A stretch of DNA of 64,000 nt from the NCBI RefSeq assembly GCF_037042905.1, contig NC_087251.1, positions 3,288,001-3,352,000 of the forward strand, given 5' to 3'. Below the pieces are notes generated by a model. The model had not been told where the DNA came from, did no database searches, and saw only the letters and a list, made by a program, of their open reading frames with translations. The position numbers were made by a program, and so were the translations under genes. This DNA is from Lytechinus pictus. Taxonomy: Eukaryota. Every line of letters begins with the position of its first letter. The stretch's first letter is position 1. Below, piece after piece: positions 41,434 to 55,285 of the stretch.

Positions 41434-43565
41434 TAAAGAATAACTTTTTTCTCCATTCTGTCATTATTTGACATGGTTAAAAGTTAAAACTGTACATGTA
41501 CAAGAGTTTCTTTAACACCACTTTTTCCACACTGCTGGGCATTTATCCCAGCTTGTAAGTATAAATGTGCCATTTTGGGTAAACCCAATATTCAAACTTG
41601 TTCCTCTTTCATATTCTTTAAAGAACTCTGAAATTCTCCTAAATATTGGAAATCAAGTACATGTACTTTTGTACTGTATTGTAGATCAATTTTTACAAGC
41701 TAACTTTGTTTTAAAGCTCAAGAATTTTTAAAACTTGATAAAAATCTCACCTATATTAATATTGGGCAACTTACTGTGGGCTTGAAGTGGAGGGTTATAA
41801 ATAATGGATTTTCATATAAGAACCTTGATTGATGATTATTGCATGTTAATACAGCATGGTGCATGAAACATATTTTAACATACATGTAAACCTCAGTTGT
41901 GGTAAAAAAACACAAAGGGATTTCTAACAAAATGCAACAAAGATGACTTCCAAGCATGACTGGTGTTACATGTACAGTATGCACAACTCTTGTAAAAAGT
42001 AAATAACGGCTTCTCAGTAATTATCATAAATACGCAAGTAACTTTGTCACGAAACACTTATCAGTGGTATATGCATTTCCACTTATGGTACTTGATTGTT
42101 TAAATCTAGTTTTACATACTGTATATGTTTGGCTTGCTTTTATCATGTTTATTGTCATACAAACTACATGCATGTTCTTAATAGAGCTTCCCCCTTTTTT
42201 ACACTATCCTTCAGTTGGATACTTCAGGAGGACCTTTTGAAAATATGTCAATCAGTAAAAAAAAACAGAGGATATTTTGCAAGTACAGTAAATTAAAATA
42301 AAATTTGTGAATATACACTAGTGTTAGAAAAGGAGAATTTTAGATCAAGGTATTGATCAATTTTGCAGAAATTAACTGAAACAAAATATGTTCCCAACTT
42401 CCACAAATCAGCAAGGGTTTGATTAAAAAGATCACCCTGATATCAAGTTGCTTAAAAACAATGAATGTTTTGATAAAACTCCACCAAAGATATGAACTTA
42501 ACAAATTTGTGAGGTCACATTTGACCAGCTGTCCACATGTCATGTGATACATCTTTAATTTCAAGAAATTCCCATTTGGGATGGTTCCTGGTGAGTAAAA
42601 GTACTTTCCCTTTGAAGTTTGAAGCTTGTCTGAAATAATGTGACTAATTTATTGAATTTTCTGAGAAATAAAGTATTTACGGACTGTATGGATTTTTATT
42701 CTCATGATGCAATGAGCGGCTCCTGTGTGAATAAAATCCATAACTTTGTTATTCTTTGATGAATTTCTGTCGAACCTTTAATACTCAGTTTCTCTTCATA
42801 TTTTGCTTTTAATGTCAAGTTGAATTAACCTTTAATGTCTAGCAGGTGTTTGAAAATCAATACAATCAATTTAGCAGATATTTTTCATAGAAGATAATGG
42901 GTATGTTGTATGTAAACTAGTTTTGGAAAATAAGTTAAAATTGTCTCATTTGTTGGAAGGTTAGATCTACGTGAAGTGAGATTTCTGTTTGTTGGCCAAA
43001 AGAAAAACATTTAAAGATATAATAGAGAGAGTAATTTATCTTAAATAGCAATTTGAGGAATTCTGGAAGCAGACTGAGAAACATGTAGATGAAGAAGTCC
43101 TTATTTGGTAAAAGTTATCATTCTCTAGCATACTATAGGTAATTATTATTGACCAAATCAGAACAATATATGAAAGTACACTTTACTGACTGACTGTGAC
43201 AGCTCTGTTCAACTAAGATTTTCCCCAACTAATCACATCCAAGGAATGGGCCTCTTTAGTTTAGGAGAGAAAATATAAGTGGAAAGACGTTATCCGATCA
43301 TTTCAAGTTTTAAACGTGTGGATTATTGAACCAATCATCTTTCCTTTTTTTGCTGTTGCCCAAATAAAAGTTTGATATGATTACGAGCATGTGATTTTAA
43401 AAAGACTGCAGTTTTTAGTACGGTATTTGGAATGTATTTGAATGACACATCAAGTTTATTTGTAACTTGTTAATAGGATGTGCTCATTATGAATTAAGAA
43501 CTTGGATGATGGTGTACAATGATGAGTGAGGAATCCTTTCTTTCATTCATCATTCCACCATACAG

Positions 43566-43941
43566 TCACATCAGATCCCATCTTCAAGGTACATTAGACG
43601 TTGATGCCATTGACATGTCTCCTCAAAGACTGCAGTTTCATTACTTCCACTCCCATGACATGGACCACAACAGGAAACTAGATGGTCTGGAATTGATGCA
43701 GTCCATTCTACATGTGGATGAGGGATGGAAGAATACCAGAGGAGGAGGAGGACATCATGGTGGGGTGATGTCAGAGGAGAGGATCATTGAGATAGTTGAT
43801 GTAATCTTGGAGGATGATGATATCGACCAGGATGGTTATGTGGATTATATAGAATTTTCTAGAGGACTTGATGATGGATCAACAGATGAAGAGGAGGATG
43901 ATTATGATGAGGAACAGGATTACTACAATGATGAGGATTAG
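43566..43941 (+). CDS. MCFD2: MCFD2-like terminal exon A: two EF-hands plus acidic tail (predicted 176-aa isoform)
   Basis: Acceptor ccatacag|T CAC ATC in phase 2; HIRSHLQG...MSPQRLQFHYFHSHDMDHNRKLDGLEL...DDDIDQDGYVDYIEF; AATAAA at 44224. Confidence 0.88.
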
Positions 43942-45456
43942 TTAGGATGAATATATTAATTATTGAGTGCGGAAACTGCAAGCAAATAGGCCACATTTGC
44001 TGGTTTCCCTGACAATGGTTTTCTCATTGGAGCATGTGATGAAGAAACCTGACCATAGAAAGCAGGGAGTTCGGTACTTGCCTGTAGGCCCTATATACAT
44101 GTATACCACCTTTCTCGTCTTCCTTGGCGGTCTTTATCACACAGGACTCAAAATTCAGCATCATGTGGGAGAACTGAAGGAGATGCAAAGATGGATATAG
44201 TAGCAAGATCCTAAAGTTATAGAAATAAACATGAGAATACTCCTGGATTCAATATTTTGTGAAGATTACCACAATCCAGAAAAAAATGTAACTAATGAAG
44301 AATTTAGGATTCATACATGAATGATATTGATATGTAGATAATGTGTGCTTATTGTGTGAAATGTACTGAAAATCCTTTTGACAGTAGATATCACAAAAAC
44401 CAGTATTGTATTTTTCCTTTGTAAATAAGAAGATATTGTGTTTTGTCGAGTGAATTTGGTTTTAGGGACATAAAAAATCCAGCCTTATATACATGTATCA
44501 ATCTACCAATACTGTACTCTTATAACTTTCATATTTCAATTTTCTTATGTATAGAATGCCTTTATGTATTTTAATTGTATTGTTATTTATACATCATACA
44601 TATTGCTACATTTACTCTAATAATTACATGTATATACATGTAGATCATAGATGTAAATACTGTAAAAGCTTAATTTTAATGGTGAATTTATTTTCACATA
44701 TTTGGATCTACCAATATCAAATTTCCACTTCTGCATACATGTATATATTGCCATTTTACACATGAAAATAACACCAGAATCATTAAAATCATATATACTG
44801 AATGTGTCCAAAATAGTCAAAATATAGTACTCAAAACATTACCTGAATACAAAAAGTAACACCTTTCCCTTTGAATGTAAAATTTGTATGTACAGTGTAA
44901 ATGTAATATTTATCTTCAAATGTTTGGTGTACATGTATATTGGGTTTGTAAAGCATGTTACCAAAGTCTGTGATGCGTTTTTATCAGGAATCCTGCTGTC
45001 GTGATGATCTAGTATCCAACTTTCTCATTCATTGTCTGACTTCTTTCAGACTCTCTCCATTTCGTAAAAGCATCTTTCCTGCATTTATCATTGTTTGTCT
45101 ATAATGAAATTTAAGCACTGATGATGAAGTATGCTTTTAGGAATCCCATGTTTGTCTACGATTGAAAGTAAGAATTAGTGATGAAGAAAATATGCTTTCA
45201 AGAACCCCATTCGAAAGACATGGCTCTGACTTTAGGTGTAGTGGACAGTGCACTTGACTTGTTTTTCCAACAAGTTGAGATTCTGTAATTCACTATCTGA
45301 AACCCTGAACATTGAACTTTTCTCTAATAAATATCAAGAATAATATTTCCTTCATATGTTTCCCACTATGTAGATTTAAGGTTCTTTAAGTTGTGAGTCA
45401 AGAATATTAAGGCTGCAATTGCATGTTTTCTTTGTCTCCGTGTCCTTTTAATGTAG

Positions 45457-45754
45457 CCACATACGAGAGCATCTTGATGGTATAATAGACATTGATGGCA
45501 TCCAAGAGAGTGAGATGACAGAGAAACAACTCCAACTTCACTACTTCAAACTCCATGACTATGATCATAATAACAGACTTGATGGTCTAGAGCTCCTCAA
45601 TGCTATGACACATTATCACCATGACGGCGCCCCCAATGCCGAGCCACTTAAGGAAGATGACCTTATGAACCTGATTGACCCTATTTTGAGAGATGATGAC
45701 AAGAATAAAGATGGGTATATTGACTATATAGAATATGCTGCGACACAGTCTTAA
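45457..45754 (+). CDS. MCFD2: MCFD2 terminal exon B: canonical two EF-hand domain (predicted 150-aa isoform)
   Basis: Acceptor ttttaatgtag|C CAC ATA in phase 2; HIREHLDG...[28 protein letters not shown]...[17 protein letters not shown] closely matches MCFD2. Confidence 0.93.
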
Positions 45755-46128
45755 AGAGAAATTCCAGTAGTTGCAGTAAACACTGATTTCATGAGAAAGT
45801 CTGTAAAACCAGGCTTCATTGTCAGTATATCATCGAGGATCTAGATCTGGTACAGTTACATAAACTGAACTTTGTGAAATCTTGAAATCTACGCTGAAAA
45901 ATGTTCAGACTGAACTTCCCCAACACAGATAAGCGCACGTGGGACAGTGTATAATTATTGCTTTGAGCGAATCCTGTGCTTATTTGCTGATTTCTCAGCA
46001 ATTACTCAATTTCTTCCAGAATTCTTTGGCACATGCGTTTTATTTATACAAACAGACACTTTGGTGGTCATTTCATTGGATTCTGTACGAACTCATTTTG
46101 ATATCGTTACCAAAACTAGCATTTACCT
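45755..46128. mobile_element. TTAA-type element inserted at the MCFD2 exon B stop codon
   Basis: TTAA|AGAGAAATTCCAGT ... ACTAGCATTTACCT|TTAA; imperfect TIRs. Confidence 0.65.
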
Positions 46129-48071
46129 TTAATGATGACAATAATCAGGAAAGAGACAAATTTTATTTTAGGTTCAAAACTTTTGATTAAATATCATTCC
46201 TTTTCATGGCTGGGCTTACTTTTATTGGTATTTGTCAATGACATGTAATAAGCTGAATTAGAATTAGGGAAATAATGGCCCCTATTCTCAAAAGTGGTTT
46301 CAATTGTACCAGGGTACCGAGCCATGGACTGCAGATATCTTGTATTATTGTGCTTCAATTATGTACCATTTGCCAGAAGTAGGCATTTATAATTTGACTC
46401 TTCTTTATAGTGTATGTGATGAAATGAGCGTATTACATTGTATGTACTCAAAAGTCTCAAATCTGCATATTCCATGATTTTGTACCATGAAACAATTGAA
46501 GCCTCTTGAGAATACGGGTCTACATGTATATGTAGAATCTAACATTTTTTGTGGTATGGTATATTTTTGGCACCTGAAAATGTAGTCTTTTATTTCTAAA
46601 AAGAATAATCATTCTAAACGTATCCAACACAAAGCTTTTCGAATTTGATAACCATAGTTATATTTATTTTTATGTGGGTAGATATTAATTGGAATATGTA
46701 TATGTTATTGATTATACTTAATGTATGGTGCTATTTTTGGTTGGTGAACTCAATTATTATTTTTTTTTTTATAGCCTACATTTATCTTTAGTTTTGGTAA
46801 ATCCCCCTATGAGTACATGCCACTATTCCATTTCATTACTAGATCATATTAATGCATGTGTCCTAAAACAGTTGTGATGTGATGGATATAAACTAAAAAT
46901 GTTTTTTTATTGGATAAATTTACCAAATTTACATCAGAGTTAATTTGATTTGGTGCCCAATCAAAAGAATATCTGTATTTTGTCATGTTTATATAAAATA
47001 CCTCATCAAGCATGGAATGGGCTGAAATTTCAGGATATAATCTTAGTTGGTTGCTTTCTAATATCCAATTACAAAATATGTAAAGTGTACACTCAAAATG
47101 ACATTCCATATAAAATTATAAACATTACTTAGAGAGGATGCTAGATTTGAATTAAAATCATAGACATAAGTCACATCATAACAGCTGGAAAATGCCATAC
47201 TTAAGTTCTAATGGATATAATATGTATCCATTGACTACCAAGCTCTTGTTATTTGGTTGATGATAATCAAGTATAGTTCACATTACTGACGATTTACTAT
47301 TAAAAAAAGCTAAAGACATGCTTTAATGATGAACAATTAAGGCTTTGTGATAGCATTACGCATTATTACAAGATGGATACATTCTTTTCTTGTCTTCTTT
47401 TACCAATATATTAATCACTATTCAGTATTTTGCCTTTGTTAAGATATGATATTACTGGTTAAATTTTTGAACAATTTAGAATTGATTAATGCCAGAATAG
47501 ACAGGGAATGAAGATATATCATACATTGCAATAATGTAAGTCAAAAGCAAGATATTTCATTCAACAGGATATTGTATTTGTACCATTCTTAAGTTTTTTT
47601 TTTTAAGGTCACATATTTTCAATAGCAATTCCCAATTTTCAGTGACTTGTATCAAATATTGAAGAGTCATGTATAGGGCATTGATATGTGTTTTGATAGT
47701 AAAGCTAACAGTACCGGTATATGAACATTTATATAAGAGGTGCCTTTCAAGTTTAAAAGTGCTTAATAGAGTTTATTTTATTTAATGAATATCTGTATCT
47801 TTTCTTTACAAGTGAAGCATTTTTCTTTTTGCTTCAGTTATAATGTGCATTTGATCATCTTTTATGATTTTAATTACATTGTATAAATAATTTCAATGTT
47901 ATATGTATCTCTAGTTTCCTCCTTTCTTCATGTTGTACTCTTACATGTTAAACCAGGTTCCTGTTCTAATACAGAGTTAAATAAACATCTAGTAATTCCT
48001 TGTAATACAATGAGAAGCATCTGTAAACCATTACATCAGCAAAGAATTCTATTTTGAATGGGGAAAATCAG

Positions 48072-48229
48072 GGGCCCGTTTCATAAAGTACTTGCAACTG
48101 TTTTAACTTTGCCATTATTGCATCTACCATGGTAACAGGACTCAGCAGCCAATCATAATCAAGGTTTCCATGGTAGTTGCCGTTATGGCAAAGTTACAAC
48201 AGTTGCAAGTCCTTTATGAAACGGGGCCC
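48072..48229. mobile_element. Palindromic Harbinger-like MITE
   Basis: CAG|GGGCCCGTTTCATAAAG ... CTTTATGAAACGGGGCCC|CAG. Confidence 0.85.
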
Positions 48230-49603
48230 CAGATGATCATTTAATAATCAACAATTGTTCTGAGCGCATATATAGGTTAAGTTTGCATTTTCAGATATTT
48301 CCTGATTTAAATTACTTTTTTTTTTTTTGGGGGGGGGGTGTATCGTCTCTCACACTTATGTATGTATCAATTTGTGTGTAGATTGCTATGAAGATGTTTT
48401 TATTTCAATAATGATTGTGGTGGTGGTAAAAAGTTAAAAACTAGTACTTAATACCAGCTTTTGTATCAAAGACAAGTACAGTGTATTATGCTTTAAAGTG
48501 AAGAAGATATTCTTCCATATTGTAAGTGCCTTTTGAATACATTATGCATTATCAGTGATTTCATCTGTTATATAGTCTTAGGAGATGTTGCAAGATACTT
48601 CTTTGCACTTGATTGCAAATTTCAAATCTGCAAGTGATAAAATAAATAAAAGATGAATACCTGCCATAAAACACAAATTTGCATTTAATTGCAAGACTAA
48701 TAATTAACACACATTTGGCTAATGACGACGCCCACCGATCAGAGCCTACAGGTAAACTCATATCTTCCATATATTGTATAACTTCCGAGACAAGTTCTGA
48801 CTGTATGATTATTGTATATCTTTACAGGCTCCTTAAAAGGGAATCGCATGACATGATTTTTTTTAAGGTTTGAAGTTTGATAAATTTACAAAAATTACAA
48901 GTCTGTAGCCAATTGCCTATAGCAGATGGCACTGCATGATCATTGTACATGCACTGTAGGCTGTGATGATACATGTAGGTAGACAATGTCGTAATGGTAT
49001 GATTTTGGGTAGAGGGGGGGACTCCATAAATTGTACCATTGTATGATATCTGTAAAGACTGGATGATTGTCAGATATCCCCAATAAGCACACAAGTATGA
49101 AATAGAGACTTAGAATTGATTGCAATGCCCATTAATTTAAAACTTTATCTCTGTATTAAACCTGTGTGTGAATCACCAAAGAGTAATGAATACAATATCA
49201 GTTATTTCTTTTATTTTATGTCCAACATATATGCTGAATAGTCTTGCCCAGTTGAAATATCAAATGTGATTTTCACATGTGTATTCAGTGTGATGTTCCA
49301 ATACAAGAAGAGGGAAACTACAATTGTTAAAAAAATAAAGAGAAAGGAGGAAATTGTATTTGACCTGTCCATTTTGTGATGATTACCTGTATGCCTTGAT
49401 ATTATTGTATAACATATCTCCCACTGATTTTATTTTATTTTTATTTTGACAAGATTATAAAATAAAGATTTGAATCAATAGTCCCATTTGATTAAACTTG
49501 TTAAAATAATACAATTATGATGATCGTTATCTGGAAACGAACTGGACACTATTTAATTAATTGAATTTGTCAATACTGTTGATTAGATTGACTAAGAAGC
49601 CTG

Positions 49604-49760
49604 GGGAGCGTTTCATCAACATTTTCGTCCGACAAGTTGTCAGGTCTGACAACTTTCCTTCATAATGATTGGATGAGAGGCACTGTTACCATAGTAATTG
49701 TCGGATAAAACAGTACTTGTCGGATAAAACGTTTGACAAGTCCTTTCATAAAACGCTCCC
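49604..49760. mobile_element. Harbinger-like MITE
   Basis: CTG|GGGAGCGTTTCAT ... ATAAAACGCTCCC|CTG; same family as 53200-53446. Confidence 0.85.
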
Positions 49761-52700
49761 CTGATCTCTGACTGATACTACAGGCATGTGCTATCATGGT
49801 AATTTCAGATAAAGACTTCTATCTTAAAGCTGTCACACTCGGTCTGATTTTTTTTTTTCAATTCAATGTAGTCAATCTTTTTGTTTGCAACACACTTTTT
49901 TCGGGGAGGGGGGGGGGTAAACTTGGGGGTTGTTGGGAAAAGAATTGCATCCCATACATGTAACCACGCAAATCAAATGAAACTTATATTATTACTTCAG
50001 AAATGTGACAAAAAAGTTAAATGCAAATCTTTTTGTCATTACCCCTGTTATATACTATTGTTATTTTGGTGCTACCATGGATCTGGCTCCCCTTCCTTGT
50101 TTCTAATGTAAGACACAAAAACAAAAACATATTTAAATTGAAATTGTTTTCATATATTTATTTAACAAATAGTATTGATCTTTTATCATGATTATTTATA
50201 CATTGTTTTTATGTATTTACATATCATCACTAGTTAATGTAAATAGAAAAAAGGGGAATTCCATTACAGGAAAAGAGAAAGAGAGAATATTACATTGAAT
50301 GAGGAGAGAATGAAAGGGGATTCAATGGGTACTGACTATAGGGAGGGGGTACTTAACATACAATAGTACATCACATGAATGGGCATAGTCAAATCAATAG
50401 AGAAAGCAGTGTATATACATGCTGTTTCAAAGAAAATGAATGGTGCTTAATAATTCAGAACAAAAGAAAAGAAATCAATAAAAGTTACTGAATACAATGC
50501 CATTCAGTTGATCCTTATATCCATATTTGCAAATTATGTCTCTTTAACATGTAGGTTCAATTTCAGCAAAGCAGATCAAATGTTGTACACCTACAAAAAT
50601 AAAACAAAGCTCAAAATCAATATCGCATAAATCATATCAACCTATGAAAATGTGTCAATACTGCTTGACAACTGAGTGACAATGATTAATGAATACAAAT
50701 TCTTGCAAATGTGCCCTTTACATTTTTCAAAGAGAGAAAATGAGGAATATTTTCCTGTCCATAAAGGGAAAGGTTCATCTAAATACTACTTCCTTAACGA
50801 TTAGAAACAAATTTTCTAGTACTTTGGATTCTATCATACTTCTTCCATCAAAATTTCCCTATATAAACCACACATAACACTCAATACATAGTTTTCATGA
50901 CAACTCACCAGAAGAGAGAAGTTCAAACACATTTAGAATGTGATTTTGTATAAGCTGAAGGGAAAACAGTATTACACAGAAGAAAAAGCAATATGTGAAC
51001 ATGCTCACCAAGTTAAAGCAGTTGAAGACATTATATACATACTGTACATGTATATTAAGTGTTTCCCTTCGCAGTTATTTCAACTACAATAGTTGTTTTG
51101 TTTACAAAGAGTGTTGTATATCGAATCTGTTACTTATTAACTCTTTTAGTGATTAAGTGTAATTTTAGGGGAACTGATATTTTTCAAACAACCTTGGCAA
51201 AATCACGCATCTGGCTTATGAAAAGTAATAATTAATTTATTCCAATTCGGTGGATACGCAATATGGTGCGTCATCTATCAGTTGCAGCAAACATACCAAA
51301 TTTTAAACTTCAGGGTCGACATGGCGCAAGTAGCACACAGTGCTAGTGTCCTGTATTGTGACTGTGATGCTTCAAAAATGACAACCATATGGCAAGAATT
51401 CACAAAACACGGTCTTAATTTTGTAAAGAAATATATGGGCGAATTTCTATCCCACCTCCTGTATCGGCCAGCGCTGAAAATCGCATGAAAGCATGCATTT
51501 TAGTACTAGCGTGCCCAACAGATGTCAACTTTTTCCCATGAGGCATTGTGAATTTTGGCCTGTCCGCTGCAGCTGATAGATGGCGCACCGTATTGTGAAT
51601 CCACCAAATTGCAAGAAAATTGCTTTTTTGTGAACCTAAGAAGCCCATCATGGACTTGTATTACTAAAAAATAAAGATGAAACACTATTCGAGGGTCAAG
51701 TAGAGATTTGAGCAAAAATAAAACCATGTCTTTACACTAACCGATTGAACATTATTTCTTTCTCAAGATTTCAAGGTTAAACCAGGGAGATGAGAAGCCA
51801 TTTTGAAATGTGTCAGCATTGATGCTTGTGAAAGCTCTCATGTTACAGATATCAGACCACATAATATAACCTATGACAACTCTTGTGCCAATGTGGGTAA
51901 TGAATCAATAATGTATTGGTATCAAGACATTTTATGAGATCAGTATGGACAATATACATGTATACTACATTCTCAACATTTGTTTACATCACAGAATGAC
52001 ATTATGTACATAATGCATTTGATTGAAACTTTTCACAAGATAAAATCACTGTCTTATGCATACATATTCAAATTGAATACATGTTGTGATAGAAAACATA
52101 TTCTTCATAGTACTTTTTGGTGAAAAATTAAGGAAAATAATCAAAGGTACACTTAAATGCTTGAAAGGTTTTGTATTATTTGAAAAAGCCACAAGAATAG
52201 AAACCAAGTTTCAACTGATATGTTTTTTTTTAACAGTGATGATAACAATGATCAAGTAGTCTGAATACAATAAACATGGGCATGCTGGGACCAATGAATA
52301 CTTTCAATCTGCAAGAAATGCTAACCAATTATTAACAGGTACATGACACAACATTGATCACTATTTCTTCTGAATGAAAGTATGTAAAACTGGAGATCAC
52401 ACTGCACACATCAACTGAAAACAAATAAATCCTTGCACATTAAATTAAAGGGAAATTATATACGCCAGCATTAAAACATACATGCTCATGTTTCATAGCA
52501 AATGAAAAGTAAAAGAATATATATATATGTATAAGTGGGTCATAAAATAAATCTAATATATACTTTCTATGTATATTTTTCATACATAACACTGTACAGT
52601 ATATGTAAACCACATCTTATCTGTTAAAGATGAACTTCTACACACCAACAGTAGAGGGTCAATATGTAAATATGATGTGTCATTGGCTGCATCTTACAAA

Positions 52701-53199
52701 TATTTCTTGCAAGACACCAAACTCTTTGATATTCTATGAGCCTCTACTTATTTAAAAATGTCAAATAGTCATCAAAAACTCAAAGATCTCAGTTAGGACA
52801 AAGTTAACTGCTAAATGTGAAAGATCACAATACAATCCTACTTTCATGAACAATCCTATGAAAAACACCATAATACCAGATTTTCCATCAGTTCCATAAC
52901 TTAAATCTCCCTTTAAACTAATTCACAAATCAATAACATAAATTATAAGGTAATAAAACATATACAATTTTTAAGATGAAGCAGCGTACAAATTAAAAAC
53001 GGTTAAAACATTCTGATCTTTGTAGACATGTATTGTAGCGATATCCATACATTAAAAACAAGATTGAATACATCATTTTTTTTTCTATAAATTACATAAG
53101 CATCTATGCACTTTTCCTTTCACAATGAATTCAAGTGAACCCCTCAGTTCACAATCATATGACCCCCAGTATTATATCTTTGTTACTATGTGACATCTG

Positions 53200-53446
53200 G
53201 GGAGTGTTTCATGAAGGACTGTCAGACATTTTATCTGACAGTTACCACAGTAATACCTCTTTTTTTGTACCAGCTACATATAGGTGGTTTGAATAAAAAT
53301 GAATAAAACGGCTGTTTTCGATTTGCCGTACGGCCGCCGTAGAGCAAATGTGACCGAGGTATAACAGTGCCTCTCGGCCAATCAGAATCAAGGAAAGATG
53401 TCAGATCCGACAACATGTCAGACAAAAATATTGATGAAACACTCCT
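53200..53446. mobile_element. Harbinger-like MITE with a nested MITE (53254-53361, TAA TSD)
   Basis: CTG|GGGAGTGTTTCAT ... ATGAAACACTCCT|CTG; inner TAA|TACCTC...GAGGTA|TAA. Confidence 0.8.
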
Positions 53447-54701
53447 CTGATGTTGTATAACTAAAAAGTGTAATTTTCATGAAGTGAAGCATTCATACCA
53501 TACATGAGCTAAGAATAACAATAACAATCGATTAGTACTGCCACCCATGGATTTAAACAAGATGATTTCAATAAACTTATAAATAAATAAGATTACCTTT
53601 ATCATTGGCATTTCACATGTGACATACTGAATACATCTCTTCGATTCAATATCAACTGGGTACTGCACCAAACACTGGAAGTTTTCTTTATCCATTTAAT
53701 GAAATTAAATAATTGATAATTTTTAGAAGGCCAATATTTATACTTAATCAAGACTGTTTGTATTCTCTTTTTATTTCATTCAACTTTTCAATAGTGTTTT
53801 TTCTAATTCACAGGGTACATACTCTGTATGAAATGTGTGAAATAAGGTGTACCAAAATGAGCAAAAATAAGAACAAAAGAATTATCTGAAGTATTTATCT
53901 TTGTCATGGATAATGAATGTAAGCCCAGCATTCTATAAAAATGCAAACGAAATTTTTGTTTAATTTGGTATTAGTCCACACTCGAAGAACACCAATAATC
54001 ACCTTTTCATACTTTTCAGTTTAAAAGGGGGGATAAAGTAAAATGTATTTGTACTTTATATGAATGAATACAAATTGCTCTCATAAACTGCAAAACCTTG
54101 CATTGTAAATATTTGTACACAGCATACTTTATGCTCTCTTGACGTTTGAAGTTCCTATGATAAATAGAACATCTATGCAGAAATAGCTAATTAGGATTAA
54201 ACTTGAACATTTTCTCTTTCATGAATTTGCCTATCTCCTCATCATGCACAATGGAAAAGTGATATTCAGGGCATATAATGAGCAATTTGTGCTTTAAGTT
54301 TGATTGCAGACATCTGATATCAATACAACAATATAAAAGGAATTCCGAATAGTTAAGACTTACTTTGCTTTTAGTGTACTGCTCTGTTATCTTATAATTA
54401 ATAATTTAAATATCTCTCAAAATTTCCATTTTTCATTTATGAATTCTATGGCAATACCACAGTGATGAGGGTTGTCACCAGCCAAAGATGGGTCAAAGGG
54501 ATGTATTTCAAGCATTGATAACAAACAGTACTGAACAGTTGTTGGTATAAAGGTGGAATAGAAGCTAAACATCAAATGCATTGATTTAATAGAAAATTCA
54601 CTTCTACTGTGCCCAGCAATGAAGACACACTGTCCATATGCATCTGTAAGGCAGCAGGTCTTTCTTGTATGTGCTATGTGGGATGTTATTCTTCTACATC
54701 C

Positions 54702-55285
54702 TCATAGGTTGATTTCAAAGGTTTTGACAGCATTGTTAAATGGATTATTTGCAGGCGGCTGTGATGGTTGGTTGGGTTGAGGGCCAGACCAAGAAGAAGG
54801 TTGTTGATTTGTAGAATACACATTTTGTGGTAAAGTCCTTGACAGATCGGCTGTCCATGTTCCACCGATACCTCCAGCTCCTTGGTTATACTGCTGTTGC
54901 TGGATAGCCATGTTGTTGGCATTGTTGAAGTTAGCAGACATTGGCTGAGGCTGCATACCGACTCCATTTTGGATAGGCATGGCTCCTCCATGTACCTGGA
55001 CAGATGCTACCTGTTGACCATTGACAGCAGCACCTCCATACGGAATAGGGTTGACCATGGGTGATGATGACCATTGGTCATTCTGCTTACTAGATGGATT
55101 GAGTGAGGGAGGGGTGACTCCTGCCCAAGGGTTGATGGCTGTACCTGGCACTGGTGCAATCTGGGTGAGGCCTGGTGCTGGTTTGGGGCGGGGTGGAGGG
55201 GTTGGTTGTCCTGTAGAGCTTGCCATTGGTGATCCTTCCCAGGGGTTCTTCTGTTTGATAGGGCCTGGTTCAGGTCTAAGTATAC
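54702..55285 (-). CDS. numb: Numb, last coding exon (GILRPEPG...NNPFNNAVKTFEINL*)
   Basis: C-terminus matches Numb NPF...KTFEIEL; acceptor cattag at 55286-55287, phase 1. Confidence 0.92.

Noticed and set aside
45001..45232. Box C/D snoRNA-like motifs (GTGATGA...CTGA)
   Set aside because: Box spacing is only about 40-55 nt, stems are minimal, and no recognisable guide
40043..46935. Diverged ~150-bp duplicate at about 40043-40200 and 46783-46935 as a relic of the MCFD2 exon duplication
   Set aside because: One copy is upstream of exon A and the other downstream of exon B, so they are not collinear with the exons; likely a dispersed repeat
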